Origin: an uncultured Thermoplasmatales archaeon
Lineage (GTDB): Archaea > Thermoplasmatota > E2 > DHVEG-1
Assembly (NCBI GenBank): GCA_964347865.1
Contig: CAYGAC010000067.1
Span: 6,592 to 70,591 of the forward strand
DNA: 64,000 nucleotides
Direction: 5' to 3'
The position numbers were made by a program, and so were the translations under genes. The stretch's first letter is position 1; the number at the start of each line of letters is the position of its first letter. The notes under the pieces were generated by a model that worked only from the letters and a program-made list of their open reading frames with translations, was not told the DNA's origin and made no database searches. Positions 21,776 through 38,008 of the stretch are shown piece after piece.

Positions 21776-23341
21776 GTGGGGATATCAGCGATGCATTGGG
21801 CAGATATTTTAGCAGATAAATTATTTAAAGACAAAAAAAAGCATGTACTCGCTACTGGTATAACTCCTTCAGGTCCAATCCATATTGGAAACATGCGGGA
21901 AATTTTAACTACTGATGCGGTGTATCGATCACTAATAGAAAAAGGTGGAAATGCTGAATTAATCTACATTGCTGATGATTTTGATCCTCTCAGGAAAGTG
22001 TATCCTTATCTTCCAAAATCTTACGAAAAACACGTTGGAAAACCAATATCAGAAATACCTTGTCCATGTGGAGAACATCAAAGTTATGCAGATCATTATC
22101 TTACTTCCTTTTTAAATTCTTTAGAAGAGATTGGAGTAAATCCCAACATTTACCGTGCTAATGAGATGTACAAAAACGGAGAATACAATGAAGCTATTCT
22201 GATCGCTTTAGAAAATACAGATAAAATTAGGAAGATATTAGAAAATATATCCAAAAGAAAACTTCCAAAAGATTGGCTCCCCTTTAATATTCGATGTAAA
22301 AAATGTAATAGAATGACTCTTGCAAAACCAATACTATATGAATATCCAATTATAGAATACCAGTGTGATTGTGGATACGAAGGGGAAGTAGATATAAGAG
22401 AAGGGGGCGTTGGAAAACTTCCATGGAGAGTAGATTGGCCAGCAAGATGGAAAATGCTCGGTGTTACTTTCGAACCTTGTGGGAAGGATTTAGCAACTGT
22501 GGGGGGTGCAAAAGATACCGGGATTAAAATTGTAGAAGACATTTATGGTTATTCTCCACCAACAATACTTGTTTATGAATTTATTTTGTTAAAAGGAAAA
22601 GGAGCGATGCATAGTTCTAAAGGCACAGCGTTGAGTGGAGAAGAAATGCTAAAGATGACTCCGCCTGAAGTACTTAGATTTTTACTGATGAGAAATCAAC
22701 CAAATAAACATATTGTTTTTGATTCTGGTCTAGGGCTCCTTAATCTGGTAGATGAATATGATAAAGAAGAGCGAGTATATTTTGGTATTGAGAAAGAAAC
22801 GAAAGGTATGAAAGATCTAAGGAAAACGTACGAACTTTCTCAACCTTATAACATTCCAAAGACAATCCCATATCAACTCCCATATAGGCATTTAGTTACT
22901 CTTAATCAAATAGGAGAAAATTGGGATGAAGTAAAAAAGATACTTCTTCGAACTGGTCAAATTCCAAAGGATTTGAAGAAAGAAGACGAGAAACATCTGA
23001 AACAGAGAACGGAACATGTACGATATTGGTTAGAGCAATTTGCACCAGATATGGTAAAATTTAATGTCACGAAAGAGATGCCCAAAATAATTCTTACCAA
23101 CGAGCAAATAACATTTCTTAAAAATTTAAATAAGAAAATATGTAATATAAAATGGGAACCTGAAGAAATACACAATGCAATTTATGATATTTCAGAGGAA
23201 GAAAATATAAAGATAAAATTAGCGTTTAAAACGATATATCAAATAATTCTTGGACAGGAAAAAGGACCGCGCGCAGGTTATTTTTTATCAAACTTAGATA
23301 AAAAATTCGTTTTAGAACGAGTAGCAGAAGCAATTAAATAG
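21776..23341 (+). CDS. lysK: lysyl-tRNA synthetase, class I (archaeal type)
   Basis: The HIGN motif (PSGPIHIGNMRE) and the KMSKS-like motif (MHSSKG) are present. 521 aa. Ends with a TAG stop. Confidence 0.85.
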   Translation: MGISAMHWADILADKLFKDKKKHVLATGITPSGPIHIGNMREILTTDAVYRSLIEKGGNAELIYIADDFDPLRKVYPYLPKSYEKHVGKPISEIPCPCGEHQSYADHYLTSFLNSLEEIGVNPNIYRANEMYKNGEYNEAILIALENTDKIRKILENISKRKLPKDWLPFNIRCKKCNRMTLAKPILYEYPIIEYQCDCGYEGEVDIREGGVGKLPWRVDWPARWKMLGVTFEPCGKDLATVGGAKDTGIKIVEDIYGYSPPTILVYEFILLKGKGAMHSSKGTALSGEEMLKMTPPEVLRFLLMRNQPNKHIVFDSGLGLLNLVDEYDKEERVYFGIEKETKGMKDLRKTYELSQPYNIPKTIPYQLPYRHLVTLNQIGENWDEVKKILLRTGQIPKDLKKEDEKHLKQRTEHVRYWLEQFAPDMVKFNVTKEMPKIILTNEQITFLKNLNKKICNIKWEPEEIHNAIYDISEEENIKIKLAFKTIYQIILGQEKGPRAGYFLSNLDKKFVLERVAEAIK

Positions 23342-23367
23342 AATTACTCCTCTTAGCAGTTGTAATA

Positions 23368-25721
<2,354 letters not shown>

Positions 25722-25882
25722 GATAGATATTATTATAATTTTATAAATATAACTATTTTATATTGCCTTAAAAATTTTCGACAAAAAAATTAAAATATTA
25801 TCTTCATTTGTTTTAGCTTGGTGTTTCTATAAGTGGGATATTCAAGAGATTTAATATTAAAATAAATAAGATCGAATTTAAG

Positions 25883-26257
25883 ATGATAAGAAAAGATGAT
25901 GATTGTTGGATAAAAATAGTTCCGACTGTTCAGCAATCAATTCCAGCTACTTTATGTATTAACTTAAATGATGCGGAACACCGATGGGATATATACGATA
26001 AATCCGGAAGGGATAAACACAATATCTACTTCGAAGGTTTTAAAATAACACCAAGTTTTTATCTTAAATCAGGAGATAATTGTTATAGAATAGATTGTGA
26101 ATATGATATTATTAATATCCATCCAATTAATAAGAAACACAAAATAAAAGTGTACTTAAAAAACAAATGTCATAATTCCTCATCACGAGCATCATGCTGG
26201 GCTATAACAATTTATTCTACAAGAAAGCCTGAAAAATATCCCTTTAATATTATGTAA
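25883..26257 (+). CDS. hypothetical Cys-containing protein (124 aa)
   Basis: ORF only; no recognisable motif. Confidence 0.35.
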   Translation: MIRKDDDCWIKIVPTVQQSIPATLCINLNDAEHRWDIYDKSGRDKHNIYFEGFKITPSFYLKSGDNCYRIDCEYDIINIHPINKKHKIKVYLKNKCHNSSSRASCWAITIYSTRKPEKYPFNIM

Positions 26258-26281
26258 AAATATGTAATTTCACTGGGGGAG

Positions 26282-26318
26282 AAGAAGGGAGGCGAAAAAA
26301 ACAGAATACCCTTCTTCC
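26282..26318. other. GC-rich stem-loop (9-bp stem GAAGAAGGG/CCCTTCTTC) flanked by direct repeats CACTGGGG (26271-26278 and 26325-26332)
   Basis: Seen directly in the sequence, immediately 3' of the 25883-26257 ORF. Could be a terminator-like element or a small structured RNA. Confidence 0.3.
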
Positions 26319-26559
26319 TTCTCTCACTGGGGTAAAATATGATTTATACCAACTATATCTATATCATTCGATTTAAATATGGTTTATGGTACAGAATTTT
26401 GATTAATACAGATAGTTGATGATTATATAAACAATAAATACTATTTATAATCATAATTTAATAATTAATGCACATAAATCATCAATTTTATTATTATTCG
26501 AGTATAGAAAATATAAATATGATTAGACAAAGGTTTTATATTAAAAAAGTATTTCCATT

Positions 26560-27405
26560 ATGGGCTCTGAGATGCACGAAGATTCTTTAATGGAGGAAAA
26601 AGATAACTCTACTAGTTTATTACACAAAGGAGTATCAATTTACTACATTGGTTCTATGTTTTTTGTAGCTGGCATTGCACTCGTTGCATTAGGATCAGCT
26701 TTTATAATGATATATCAGATACATTATGGATCTCCAGCAGATAGAATTCTTTACACTGCAATTTTCCTAGGGACAGGAATCACGTTGGTTTTGATTGGTA
26801 TAAATCTAATGATAAGACAGACAAAGAAGGGATATTATATTATTGGGATGAGTGCATTTATTTCATTTCTTGCACTCTTATTATTTGTTACAAATTATAT
26901 GCACAATTGGTATTATCCACTAATAAGTTATGTTCTCGGTCTTTATATTATTGGATTTTTAGTACTGTTAGGAAATGCATTTGGAAATGTAACTCTTTGG
27001 ATAATTGAAAAAAGACCTGAATTTGAATTTGGTGAGAGGAAAGAAAAAAAAACATATACCGACGATGAAATTCAACGTGACATTGAAGAAGCAACAAGAC
27101 AGAGTATTGAAGCGGCTGCAAGTGATTTACAATATGATATGGATATTACAGGTGATATTAAATTAGGGAAATCATCCCCAAAAACATGCGGTCTTATAAC
27201 AAGAGTTAAAGATAATATAGATGAAGAAATTGGCTTACAACAAACATTTAACCCTGGAGCAACGGATAAGTGGGGATCAATTGGGATTGACAAAGCCTCA
27301 TCGCAATTAGCAGAGGCAATGACGGAAAAGAAAGTTGAAAAAGGATTATTTGGAGGTTTTAAAAAAAGAGTTTTAAAAACATTTGGAAAGCAAAATGATA
27401 ATTAA
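26560..27405 (+). CDS. membrane protein (about 5 TM) with acidic cytoplasmic C-terminal domain
   Basis: Hydrophobic helices run through about residue 150, followed by a charged soluble tail. Confidence 0.5.
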   Translation: MGSEMHEDSLMEEKDNSTSLLHKGVSIYYIGSMFFVAGIALVALGSAFIMIYQIHYGSPADRILYTAIFLGTGITLVLIGINLMIRQTKKGYYIIGMSAFISFLALLLFVTNYMHNWYYPLISYVLGLYIIGFLVLLGNAFGNVTLWIIEKRPEFEFGERKEKKTYTDDEIQRDIEEATRQSIEAAASDLQYDMDITGDIKLGKSSPKTCGLITRVKDNIDEEIGLQQTFNPGATDKWGSIGIDKASSQLAEAMTEKKVEKGLFGGFKKRVLKTFGKQNDN

Positions 27406-27482
27406 TAATTACTAATATCCGAAATGTTTTTAAGGTGGATATCGCTATCAGAATTATACTCAACATAGGAGGGTGATGTGAG

Positions 27483-28565
27483 ATGGCAAAAGGCCTTGAT
27501 ATTGGAACTATGAATATTATTTGTGCAGAAAAAGAAGGCGAAGATGTAATTTTTATGCAGCAGAGAAACGCTTTTATGAACCTGGACTCAAACGATCTGA
27601 CAAAGAATATGTTAGATACTTCAAAGGTTCTCTATATCGAAGAAGATAAAGGAATCGCATTATTAGGAGAAGATGCCTTTAAATTCGCTACGATATTTGA
27701 AAAAGAAGCAAGAAGACCGATGAGTCAAGGGATTATTAGTCCCAAAGAAAAGGAAGCAATACCAATAATGAAACTCATAGTTGAGAGGGTATTAGGACAG
27801 CCAAAATCTAAAAATGAAGTATTATGCGTTTCAACTCCAGCAGATCCAATTGATGTCGATTTGGATGTACTCTACCATAAAAAAACTATGGAAGCATTAA
27901 CAAAATCAATGAATTATGACACCCACGTAATTGATGAAGGATTAGCAGTGATATATTCTGAGCTTTCAGACTACAACTTCACGGGAATTGGTATCAGTGT
28001 TGGTGCAGGTCTAACAAACGTGACACTTGCGTATTTGGGTACACCGTTACTTTCCTTTAGTATCGCTCGAGGTGGAGATTGGATAGACGCGCAAGTAGCA
28101 AAATCAACAGGGTTACCAAAGGAACACGTGACACACACAAAAGAAACACTCTCAAAATTAAGTAAACAAGTGAAAATGGGAAGTCCAGAAGGTGCAATCA
28201 CCATCTATTACGAAGCATTAATGACATATGTAATTCAGAATTTAAACAAAAGACTTGCTAAGATTACCCCACCAAAAGTAGCTTTTCCTGTTGCTATCGC
28301 TGGTGGAAGTTCAATGCCAGAAGGATTTTTTGAGTTATTCGAGAGGAAATTAAGAGAATCAAACCTACGAGTTCAGATATCGAAAATTAAGTTGGCTAGG
28401 GATCCATTACACGCAGTTGCGAGAGGATGTTTAATCGCAGCAAGAACACAAGAAGCGGGCAAGAAGCGAGCAGCAACAACAACCACTAGTGTTCCACCGA
28501 TACCACAGCAGACACCTCAACCACAAACCCCAGTAGCAAAGAAAAAATATAAGAAAAAAAAGTAA
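27483..28565 (+). CDS. actin-fold ATPase (archaeal actin homolog, ParM/MreB/Ta0583-like) with Pro/Gln/Thr-rich linker and poly-Lys tail
   Basis: The phosphate-1 motif GLDIGTMNI, the phosphate-2 motif GIGISVGAGLTNV and the adenosine motif AIAGGSSMPEGF are present. The C-terminus is …TTTTSVPPIPQQTPQPQTPVAKKKYKKKK. Confidence 0.6.
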   Translation: MAKGLDIGTMNIICAEKEGEDVIFMQQRNAFMNLDSNDLTKNMLDTSKVLYIEEDKGIALLGEDAFKFATIFEKEARRPMSQGIISPKEKEAIPIMKLIVERVLGQPKSKNEVLCVSTPADPIDVDLDVLYHKKTMEALTKSMNYDTHVIDEGLAVIYSELSDYNFTGIGISVGAGLTNVTLAYLGTPLLSFSIARGGDWIDAQVAKSTGLPKEHVTHTKETLSKLSKQVKMGSPEGAITIYYEALMTYVIQNLNKRLAKITPPKVAFPVAIAGGSSMPEGFFELFERKLRESNLRVQISKIKLARDPLHAVARGCLIAARTQEAGKKRAATTTTSVPPIPQQTPQPQTPVAKKKYKKKK

Positions 28566-28713
28566 AGAGAAATAATTTAATCTGACTTTTTATCTTTATT
28601 TTATAGAGATATTTCTCTTTCTATCTTTACTTTTTGTTATAAAATTATGTGTAATATTTTTACTTAATTTTAAATAAACATGAATGATACGTCGTTTTGT
28701 GGAGGTTTACTTT

Positions 28714-29952
28714 ATGAAGGAATACAATACATTGGATGATTTTGATGTAAATAATAAAACTGTGCTATTACGCGTCGATTTCAATATGCCTCTTGACAAG
28801 GATACTTTAAATATCTTAGATAGTAGTCGAATTAAACTTGTTATTCCGACAATAAAAGAATTGATAGAAAAAAAGGCAAAAATTGTAATACTTGCTCATC
28901 AAGGAAGACAAGGAAGTTGGGATTTTATATCTATGGAAAAACATGCAAAAGCGTTACAAGAATTACTTGGAAAAGAGGTAAATTTTGTTGATGATATTTT
29001 TGGGGAAAAAGCAAAAACTGCAATAAAAAATCTCGTACCAGGAGGGATTTTATTCTTAGATAATGTTAGAAAATATTCAGGAGAGACTGATAAAAAATCT
29101 GCTGAAGAACATGCACAATCAGAGCTTGTACAGAATCTATATCCTTTAGCTGACCTTTTTGTAAACGATGCATTTGCTGCAGCTCATAGAGCCCAATGTT
29201 CACTTATTGGATTTACTGCTGTATTACCATCCTGTTCGGGGAGATTGATGGAAAAGGAATTAACAACGTTGGGAAAAATTGTCAGTAATCCAGAAAAACC
29301 TTGTTTATTTCTATTTGGTGGAGCAAAATATTCTGATGTGATTGTTACGATTGAGCGTGTTTTACTAAATAAAACTGCTGACCAAGTACTTCTTACAGGA
29401 TTACCTGCAAATGCATTCTTAAAAGCAGACGGTTATAATCTAGGAGAAAAAAATGAATTAGTGCTATCAGAAGAAGGAAAACCAGAGCAAATTGATGAAA
29501 TAAAAAAAATATTGTCCTCCTATCCTAATGATATATATTTGCCAATAGATTTTGCAGTCTCAGAAAATGAAATAAGAAAGGAAATTGAACTTAATGAATT
29601 ACCAAGTAAATATCCATTATTTGACATAGGTGAAAAAACTATAGAAAAATTTAAAGAAATTTTAACAAATGCAAAAACAGTCTTTTTATCTGGTCCTTGT
29701 GGAGTATTTGAAAAATCTGAATTTAGAAAAGGAACAGAGGAAATATTCAATTTCGTAGCTAACTTAAATGCATTTTCAATTGTAGGTGGAGGACATACTG
29801 TTGCAGCGGTAGAACAGATGAATCTAAGAAATAAAATATCCCATATAAGTACCGGTGGAGGATCACTTGAAAAATTCATGATGGGTGAGAAACTCGCAGT
29901 TGTTGAGGCATTAAAAGAGGCGAAAAATAAAAATCTGTTAAAGTACAGCTAA
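28714..29952 (+). CDS. pgk: phosphoglycerate kinase
   Basis: PGK-like N-terminal and C-terminal domains. Start chosen at the second ATG (MKEYNTLDDF…), which is preceded by GGAGGT 8 nt upstream. The track ORF starts at 28684. Confidence 0.8.
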   Translation: MKEYNTLDDFDVNNKTVLLRVDFNMPLDKDTLNILDSSRIKLVIPTIKELIEKKAKIVILAHQGRQGSWDFISMEKHAKALQELLGKEVNFVDDIFGEKAKTAIKNLVPGGILFLDNVRKYSGETDKKSAEEHAQSELVQNLYPLADLFVNDAFAAAHRAQCSLIGFTAVLPSCSGRLMEKELTTLGKIVSNPEKPCLFLFGGAKYSDVIVTIERVLLNKTADQVLLTGLPANAFLKADGYNLGEKNELVLSEEGKPEQIDEIKKILSSYPNDIYLPIDFAVSENEIRKEIELNELPSKYPLFDIGEKTIEKFKEILTNAKTVFLSGPCGVFEKSEFRKGTEEIFNFVANLNAFSIVGGGHTVAAVEQMNLRNKISHISTGGGSLEKFMMGEKLAVVEALKEAKNKNLLKYS

Positions 29953-29995
29953 AAAAGAAACAATCAAATAATCGACTTTCTTATACTTTTTTTAA

Positions 29996-30067
29996 GGGCT
30001 GGTAGATCAGTGGAAGATCGCCACCTTCGCAAGGTGGAGGCCATGGGTTCAAATCCCATCCAGTCCA
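29996..30067 (+). tRNA. tRNA-Ala (anticodon CGC), no encoded CCA
   Basis: Cloverleaf by eye. The acceptor stem is GGGCTGG/CCAGTCC with a G3:U70 alanine identity pair. The anticodon loop is TTCGCAA. The T-arm is GGGTTCAAATCCC. Confidence 0.85.
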
Positions 30068-30112
30068 TATACTTATAATTAAATGCTAGGGGAAAATTGA
30101 GAGAATATTTGA

Positions 30113-30316
30113 TTAAATTTGTCCTTTATTGTATGATCGAATAAAATTATCTATGCTTCTATCATATGTTTTTTCAATATCATCTGGGAAAAAACAAGCT
30201 GGTAGTTCACCTCGATTTTTATGATATTTTAAGCATTTACAACACATACCTTTTTTATCACAGGGATAACTACAATTGCAGTCTAATTTGTTCTGTTCTA
30301 AATTACATTCTACCAT
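30113..30316 (-). CDS. small Cys-rich protein (67 aa; CxC…C…CCxC…H…C)
   Basis: [43 protein letters not shown]… The family is not recognised with certainty. Confidence 0.45.
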   Translation of the reverse strand: MVECNLEQNKLDCNCSYPCDKKGMCCKCLKYHKNRGELPACFFPDDIEKTYDRSIDNFIRSYNKGQI

Positions 30317-30325
30317 ATTATTCCT

Positions 30326-34032
<3,707 letters not shown>

Positions 34033-34043
34033 AGTTCTTCTCT

Positions 34044-34706
34044 TTATTTTTCCAAATAGATAATTATCTCTACCTCATCACTATCTTTAAGGTGTAATTG
34101 TTCTCTTAAATAATGCGGAGATATTAATTCAAGGACATTAGAGTAATGACTTCGTTTTGGTAATACGATTGCCCCCTTCCAGTTATTGACTTTTGCCTTA
34201 AAACATAGTACACTACCAAAGGTACGATTTTGAGTTTCGAATTCTTCGATAGCAATTCCACCATAACTTCTTAGAAGCCGTAACTTATTTCTTTCAATAT
34301 ATTCAATTTCAACGTTCAATGTTCCTGGATAGGGGATAAAACCGAGTTTTTTCTTAAATTGATCAACATATCCTTTCTGCTCAGTATAGTATTTACCTTC
34401 GCCCATTCCTGAAACAACCTTTCCTCTAAAAACAACCCTGTTTGAGAGATCAAAAATCTGATTATATTGGGAATGTTCATCCTTTAATACTTCTGTTCCC
34501 AAACTTGTTATTTGTATGAGCTGTTTTTTAATTCCAAATTCTCGTGTAATCATTTGAACATTATCCAATTCCAAAAGATATCGGGAAGCAGTTTGCTGAC
34601 TTGTTTCTAATTGTTTGGCTAATTCATATGATGAAATTTCAATTCTATTTCTTATTGCACCAAGCAATGCAAGTTCCTTTAAAGTTTGCAATAGATAAGG
34701 TTTCAT
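34044..34706 (-). CDS. ribK: archaeal CTP-dependent riboflavin kinase with N-terminal HTH domain
   Basis: The C-terminal MJ0056-type kinase domain carries the PYPGTLNV motif. The N-terminus is a winged helix. Confidence 0.7.
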   Translation of the reverse strand: MKPYLLQTLKELALLGAIRNRIEISSYELAKQLETSQQTASRYLLELDNVQMITREFGIKKQLIQITSLGTEVLKDEHSQYNQIFDLSNRVVFRGKVVSGMGEGKYYTEQKGYVDQFKKKLGFIPYPGTLNVEIEYIERNKLRLLRSYGGIAIEEFETQNRTFGSVLCFKAKVNNWKGAIVLPKRSHYSNVLELISPHYLREQLHLKDSDEVEIIIYLEK

Positions 34707-34721
34707 ATGGTATATTTCCCC

Positions 34722-34949
34722 TTATTTACCAATACTATCTACAAGTTTTTTACCCTTTTTTGTTAAGATATAAGAATTACCCTGTTTTTCTAATATATCA
34801 CCTTTAATAAAATCATCCACAACTCTTTGAACGACTGTTTGAATTATTCGATGCTTTTTTGCAATTCTTTGAATATTTATTTCACCTGAGGCAAATTCAT
34901 CAAATATTGCTCTTCGATACTTATTTGAAAGTATATATCCTTCATCCAT
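34722..34949 (-). CDS. small winged-helix DNA-binding protein (75 aa)
   Basis: The HTH-like region is IQRIAKKHRIIQTVVQRVV. Confidence 0.45.
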   Translation of the reverse strand: MDEGYILSNKYRRAIFDEFASGEINIQRIAKKHRIIQTVVQRVVDDFIKGDILEKQGNSYILTKKGKKLVDSIGK

Positions 34950-35243
34950 GAGTAAACCAATTTTTTAATTTATATTATCGAGAACCTTCCAATCCGTTCG
35001 GTTCTAATACCAATAAATGAGTAGATAGTTAACCCATTAATAAACATAAGGGTTGAAAAAGACGATTTTATACTTTTCTATTCTCTTTATTTTTTAATTT
35101 CTTAAAATTATTAATTGATTTTGTTACAGATGTTATAAAAAATTTACCATAAGAAACATTTAAATTCTATTATTTTATATCAAATTTACCCAATTTTAAT
35201 ATATGGGGGACGGAGGAAAAAAATAGTAGGTATTTTAGTTTGT

Positions 35244-36158
35244 ATGCTGTTGATTGCAACTGCTATACCTGTAGTAGGGATATTAAGTGAAGAAGAGAAT
35301 CGTCAAAATATTTGCAATAGAGGTGGAATTTTCAGACAATATCCCTCTCCATATGATGAGCCTATGCCAGAAGGTTGGATAAGTGATACACAGGAAGGGT
35401 GGCAGCTTTATGAGAATTTCCAAGATGTTTCCAGCCCAATCTGTACGATTCACTGGTGGGGTCAAGCTGCTGTATGGTTGTTTGAGACCTCGTATCCTGG
35501 TGATCCTAAGGGCATGATTTTCGACATTATTTTCTTTGAGGATGAAAATGGTAAATCTGGTGCCGAGTTTTGTTCGTATACTAATGTCTCTCCATTAATC
35601 ATTGAAACGGGCATCATTTATGATTATGGTGATAAATGGCCTGAACCATTTGAATTATATTATTTTGAGGCAGATCTCAGTCCATGTTGCAATCTGTCCA
35701 ATGGGTGGGTATCGGTACTAAAAACATATAGTCCTGACGACCATGTGTTCGGGTGGTTTGAATCTCCGGATGGTAATGGTAAGGTTTACATGAATACAGT
35801 TCCAGTTTTTTTAGATGTTGCTTTTATATTAACTGATGGAGAGCCTGACGTTGAAATAAAAGTAAAGAGTGGGCTTGGTGCCACTGTAAAAGTTACCAAT
35901 ATCGGAGCTGGTACATTAACTGATATACCTGTTGACATTATTATATATGGTGAAATAGTCGGAGATGTAAAACATATGAGAGAAACCATATCAAGTCTTG
36001 GTGCGGATGAAACAGTTTCAGTACGAACAGGGATGTTCCTTGGACTTGGAAAAATAGCAATCGGTGTAATTGTAGATGATCAAGTAAAGTATAAAACGGG
36101 ATTGCAATTGCTAATCTTTACCTTGATTTCAAATAGCTACATCCCTCTTCTTTTTTAA
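35244..36158 (+). CDS. secreted protein with C-terminal CARDB-like domain and hydrophobic anchor
   Basis: Has an N-terminal hydrophobic leader. The CARDB-like segment VKVTNIGAGTLTDIPVDIIIYGE and the C-terminal hydrophobic tail support the call. Confidence 0.45.
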   Translation: MLLIATAIPVVGILSEEENRQNICNRGGIFRQYPSPYDEPMPEGWISDTQEGWQLYENFQDVSSPICTIHWWGQAAVWLFETSYPGDPKGMIFDIIFFEDENGKSGAEFCSYTNVSPLIIETGIIYDYGDKWPEPFELYYFEADLSPCCNLSNGWVSVLKTYSPDDHVFGWFESPDGNGKVYMNTVPVFLDVAFILTDGEPDVEIKVKSGLGATVKVTNIGAGTLTDIPVDIIIYGEIVGDVKHMRETISSLGADETVSVRTGMFLGLGKIAIGVIVDDQVKYKTGLQLLIFTLISNSYIPLLF

Positions 36159-36253
36159 CCATATTTTCCTAGAATAGAAGAAATAACCATTACCTGGAGT
36201 TAATGGTAACCAATATATTAATTTAGAAGCATCACATAAAGCTTTTTACTTTT

Positions 36254-37219
36254 ATGTTTGCAAACATACCAATAATACTCAATGCAGAACAATTAATTGA
36301 CCGTACTATCAAAAGAACAAAAAAGATACAAATACATGATAGAGATCCACACTTTAAGGTAAAAAAAACAATTATTGCAAGAATTGATGCTTTTGCATCG
36401 GTTATAATTTCTGCACTTGAGAAATATGTAAAAGAATTTCCTTCTATTGAAAATCTTCCCTCTTTTTACCAAGAAATTATTGATATCAGAATAGATACAA
36501 ATAATCTTAAAAAATCTCTTGGTGCGGTTGATTGGGCCAGAAAAACTTGTTCAATGATTTATTCAAAACAGGGAAAATCATTGAAAAAAACAGGAAATAT
36601 TGAATTTTTAAAACAAAAACAAAAGGAGATATATGGACGGATATCTTCAGTTTTGAGACAAATTGATAAAAACTTAATTTTTCTCGCAAATGCACAAAAT
36701 ATAATGAAAAATTTTCCTGAAATCCAAGATATTCCTACTATAGTAATTGCTGGTTATCCAAATGTAGGTAAATCGTCTCTTCTAAGATTTCTTTCTTCTG
36801 CAAAACCAAAGATTGCTCAATACCCCTTTACTACTAAACAGATTCACGTAGGGCATATTGAAAGTAAAGAAAAATATACGAAAAAATTGTATCAAATAAT
36901 TGATACCCCAGGATTACTAGATAGACCGTTATCAAAAAGAAATTATATTGAAAAACAAGCTATTGCAGCCCTAAATCACCTTGCAGATCTTATTATTTTT
37001 ATTTTTGATCCTTCAGAGACCTGTGGATATTCATCAGAAAATCAATTGAATATTCTTGCTCAGATAAAAGAAATCTTTAGTGGAATTCCTTTGATAATTG
37101 TCGAAAACAAAGTTGATCTCAAAAAAACAAATTCTTCTAATTTAAAGATTTCTTGTATTAATAATCAGGGAATTGATGAATTAATCGAAGAGATATTTAG
37201 CATATTAAGAAAAACTTAA
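36254..37219 (+). CDS. NOG1-family GTP-binding protein
   Basis: G1 motif GYPNVGKSS, G3 motif DTPG and G4 motif NKVD. The N-terminal NOG1-like region is present. Confidence 0.75.
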   Translation: MFANIPIILNAEQLIDRTIKRTKKIQIHDRDPHFKVKKTIIARIDAFASVIISALEKYVKEFPSIENLPSFYQEIIDIRIDTNNLKKSLGAVDWARKTCSMIYSKQGKSLKKTGNIEFLKQKQKEIYGRISSVLRQIDKNLIFLANAQNIMKNFPEIQDIPTIVIAGYPNVGKSSLLRFLSSAKPKIAQYPFTTKQIHVGHIESKEKYTKKLYQIIDTPGLLDRPLSKRNYIEKQAIAALNHLADLIIFIFDPSETCGYSSENQLNILAQIKEIFSGIPLIIVENKVDLKKTNSSNLKISCINNQGIDELIEEIFSILRKT

Positions 37220-37453
37220 TTATGCATTATTACCTGCATATGTACCTAATTATCGATATTTCATTTCATTAAACAAGATCAATGAAAAAATATGATATTA
37301 TTTTACCGTAATGTTAGTAGACATGTTTATTTTATAAAAGCAAGAAAAGTAGATTTTATCAGAAAAAATAAAAGAAAGAATGGTTCATTAATTTCTTTTT
37401 TATCCAAGGGATCCTCACATTAAACAATGTTAATTTTTTTTAATGTAAGGATA

Positions 37454-37552
37454 GGGGTCTAACGCTATAGGCAGGAGGAAAGGAGGAAAGAAGGGAGAAA
37501 ATGACACCCCAAAATTTCTAGAAAATATTTTTCTACTACCATGTTAGACCCC
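37454..37552. other. perfect 10-bp inverted repeat GGGGTCTAAC/GTTAGACCCC enclosing about 80 nt with a purine-rich tract (ggaggaaaggaggaaagaagggagaaa)
   Basis: Seen directly, in the 440-bp intergenic region between the NOG1 GTPase gene and the HTH regulator gene. Candidate structured ncRNA or regulatory hairpin. Confidence 0.3.
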
Positions 37553-37555
37553 ATA

Positions 37556-37570
37556 TTAACAATTGTTAAC
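37556..37570. promoter_or_regulatory. palindromic motif TTAACAATTGTTAAC (candidate operator), copy 1
   Basis: Perfect palindrome. Related copies lie at 38009-38023 (ttaacgattgttaac) and 58093-58106 (ttaacaatcgttac). Confidence 0.35.
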
Positions 37571-37656
37571 TTAAGTTAATAAACTTTTCGGTTAAATACT
37601 GAGAATAATCTTTCGAACTAAAAACAAAAGGAAATCTAGAAAAACAGATTCAAATT

Positions 37657-37977
37657 TTAATCAATAATAAATAGAGATTTTTGGTTTGATCTTATTATCT
37701 TACAGATTCTGCAAATTTCAGGAATTACCGCTGCTTCTCCATGTTGAACTATCCTTTTAGCAGAAATATTAATTTCTACTATAATTCTTTTATCTTTAAT
37801 ATCAATCTTACCACGCTTTTTTGACATATATTGACAGATTGCTGCTGGTGTAACTCCCAATAATTTTGCAGTTTCTCTTTGATTTAATCCATAATTATCA
37901 ATGATACACTTAGTTAATTCTTTTTTAATAGAAGGTAATCCGTTCCAAATCATATATTCGCAAGGACTATGGTTCAT
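37657..37977 (-). CDS. HTH-domain transcriptional regulator (106 aa)
   Basis: The HTH segment is LNQRETAKLLGVTPAAICQYMSKKRG. The gene is flanked on both sides by TTAAC-N5-GTTAAC palindromes. Confidence 0.55.
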   Translation of the reverse strand: MNHSPCEYMIWNGLPSIKKELTKCIIDNYGLNQRETAKLLGVTPAAICQYMSKKRGKIDIKDKRIIVEINISAKRIVQHGEAAVIPEICRICKIIRSNQKSLFIID

Positions 37978-38008
37978 AATATAATAATATCCTTAATAGT
38001 ATATATAA

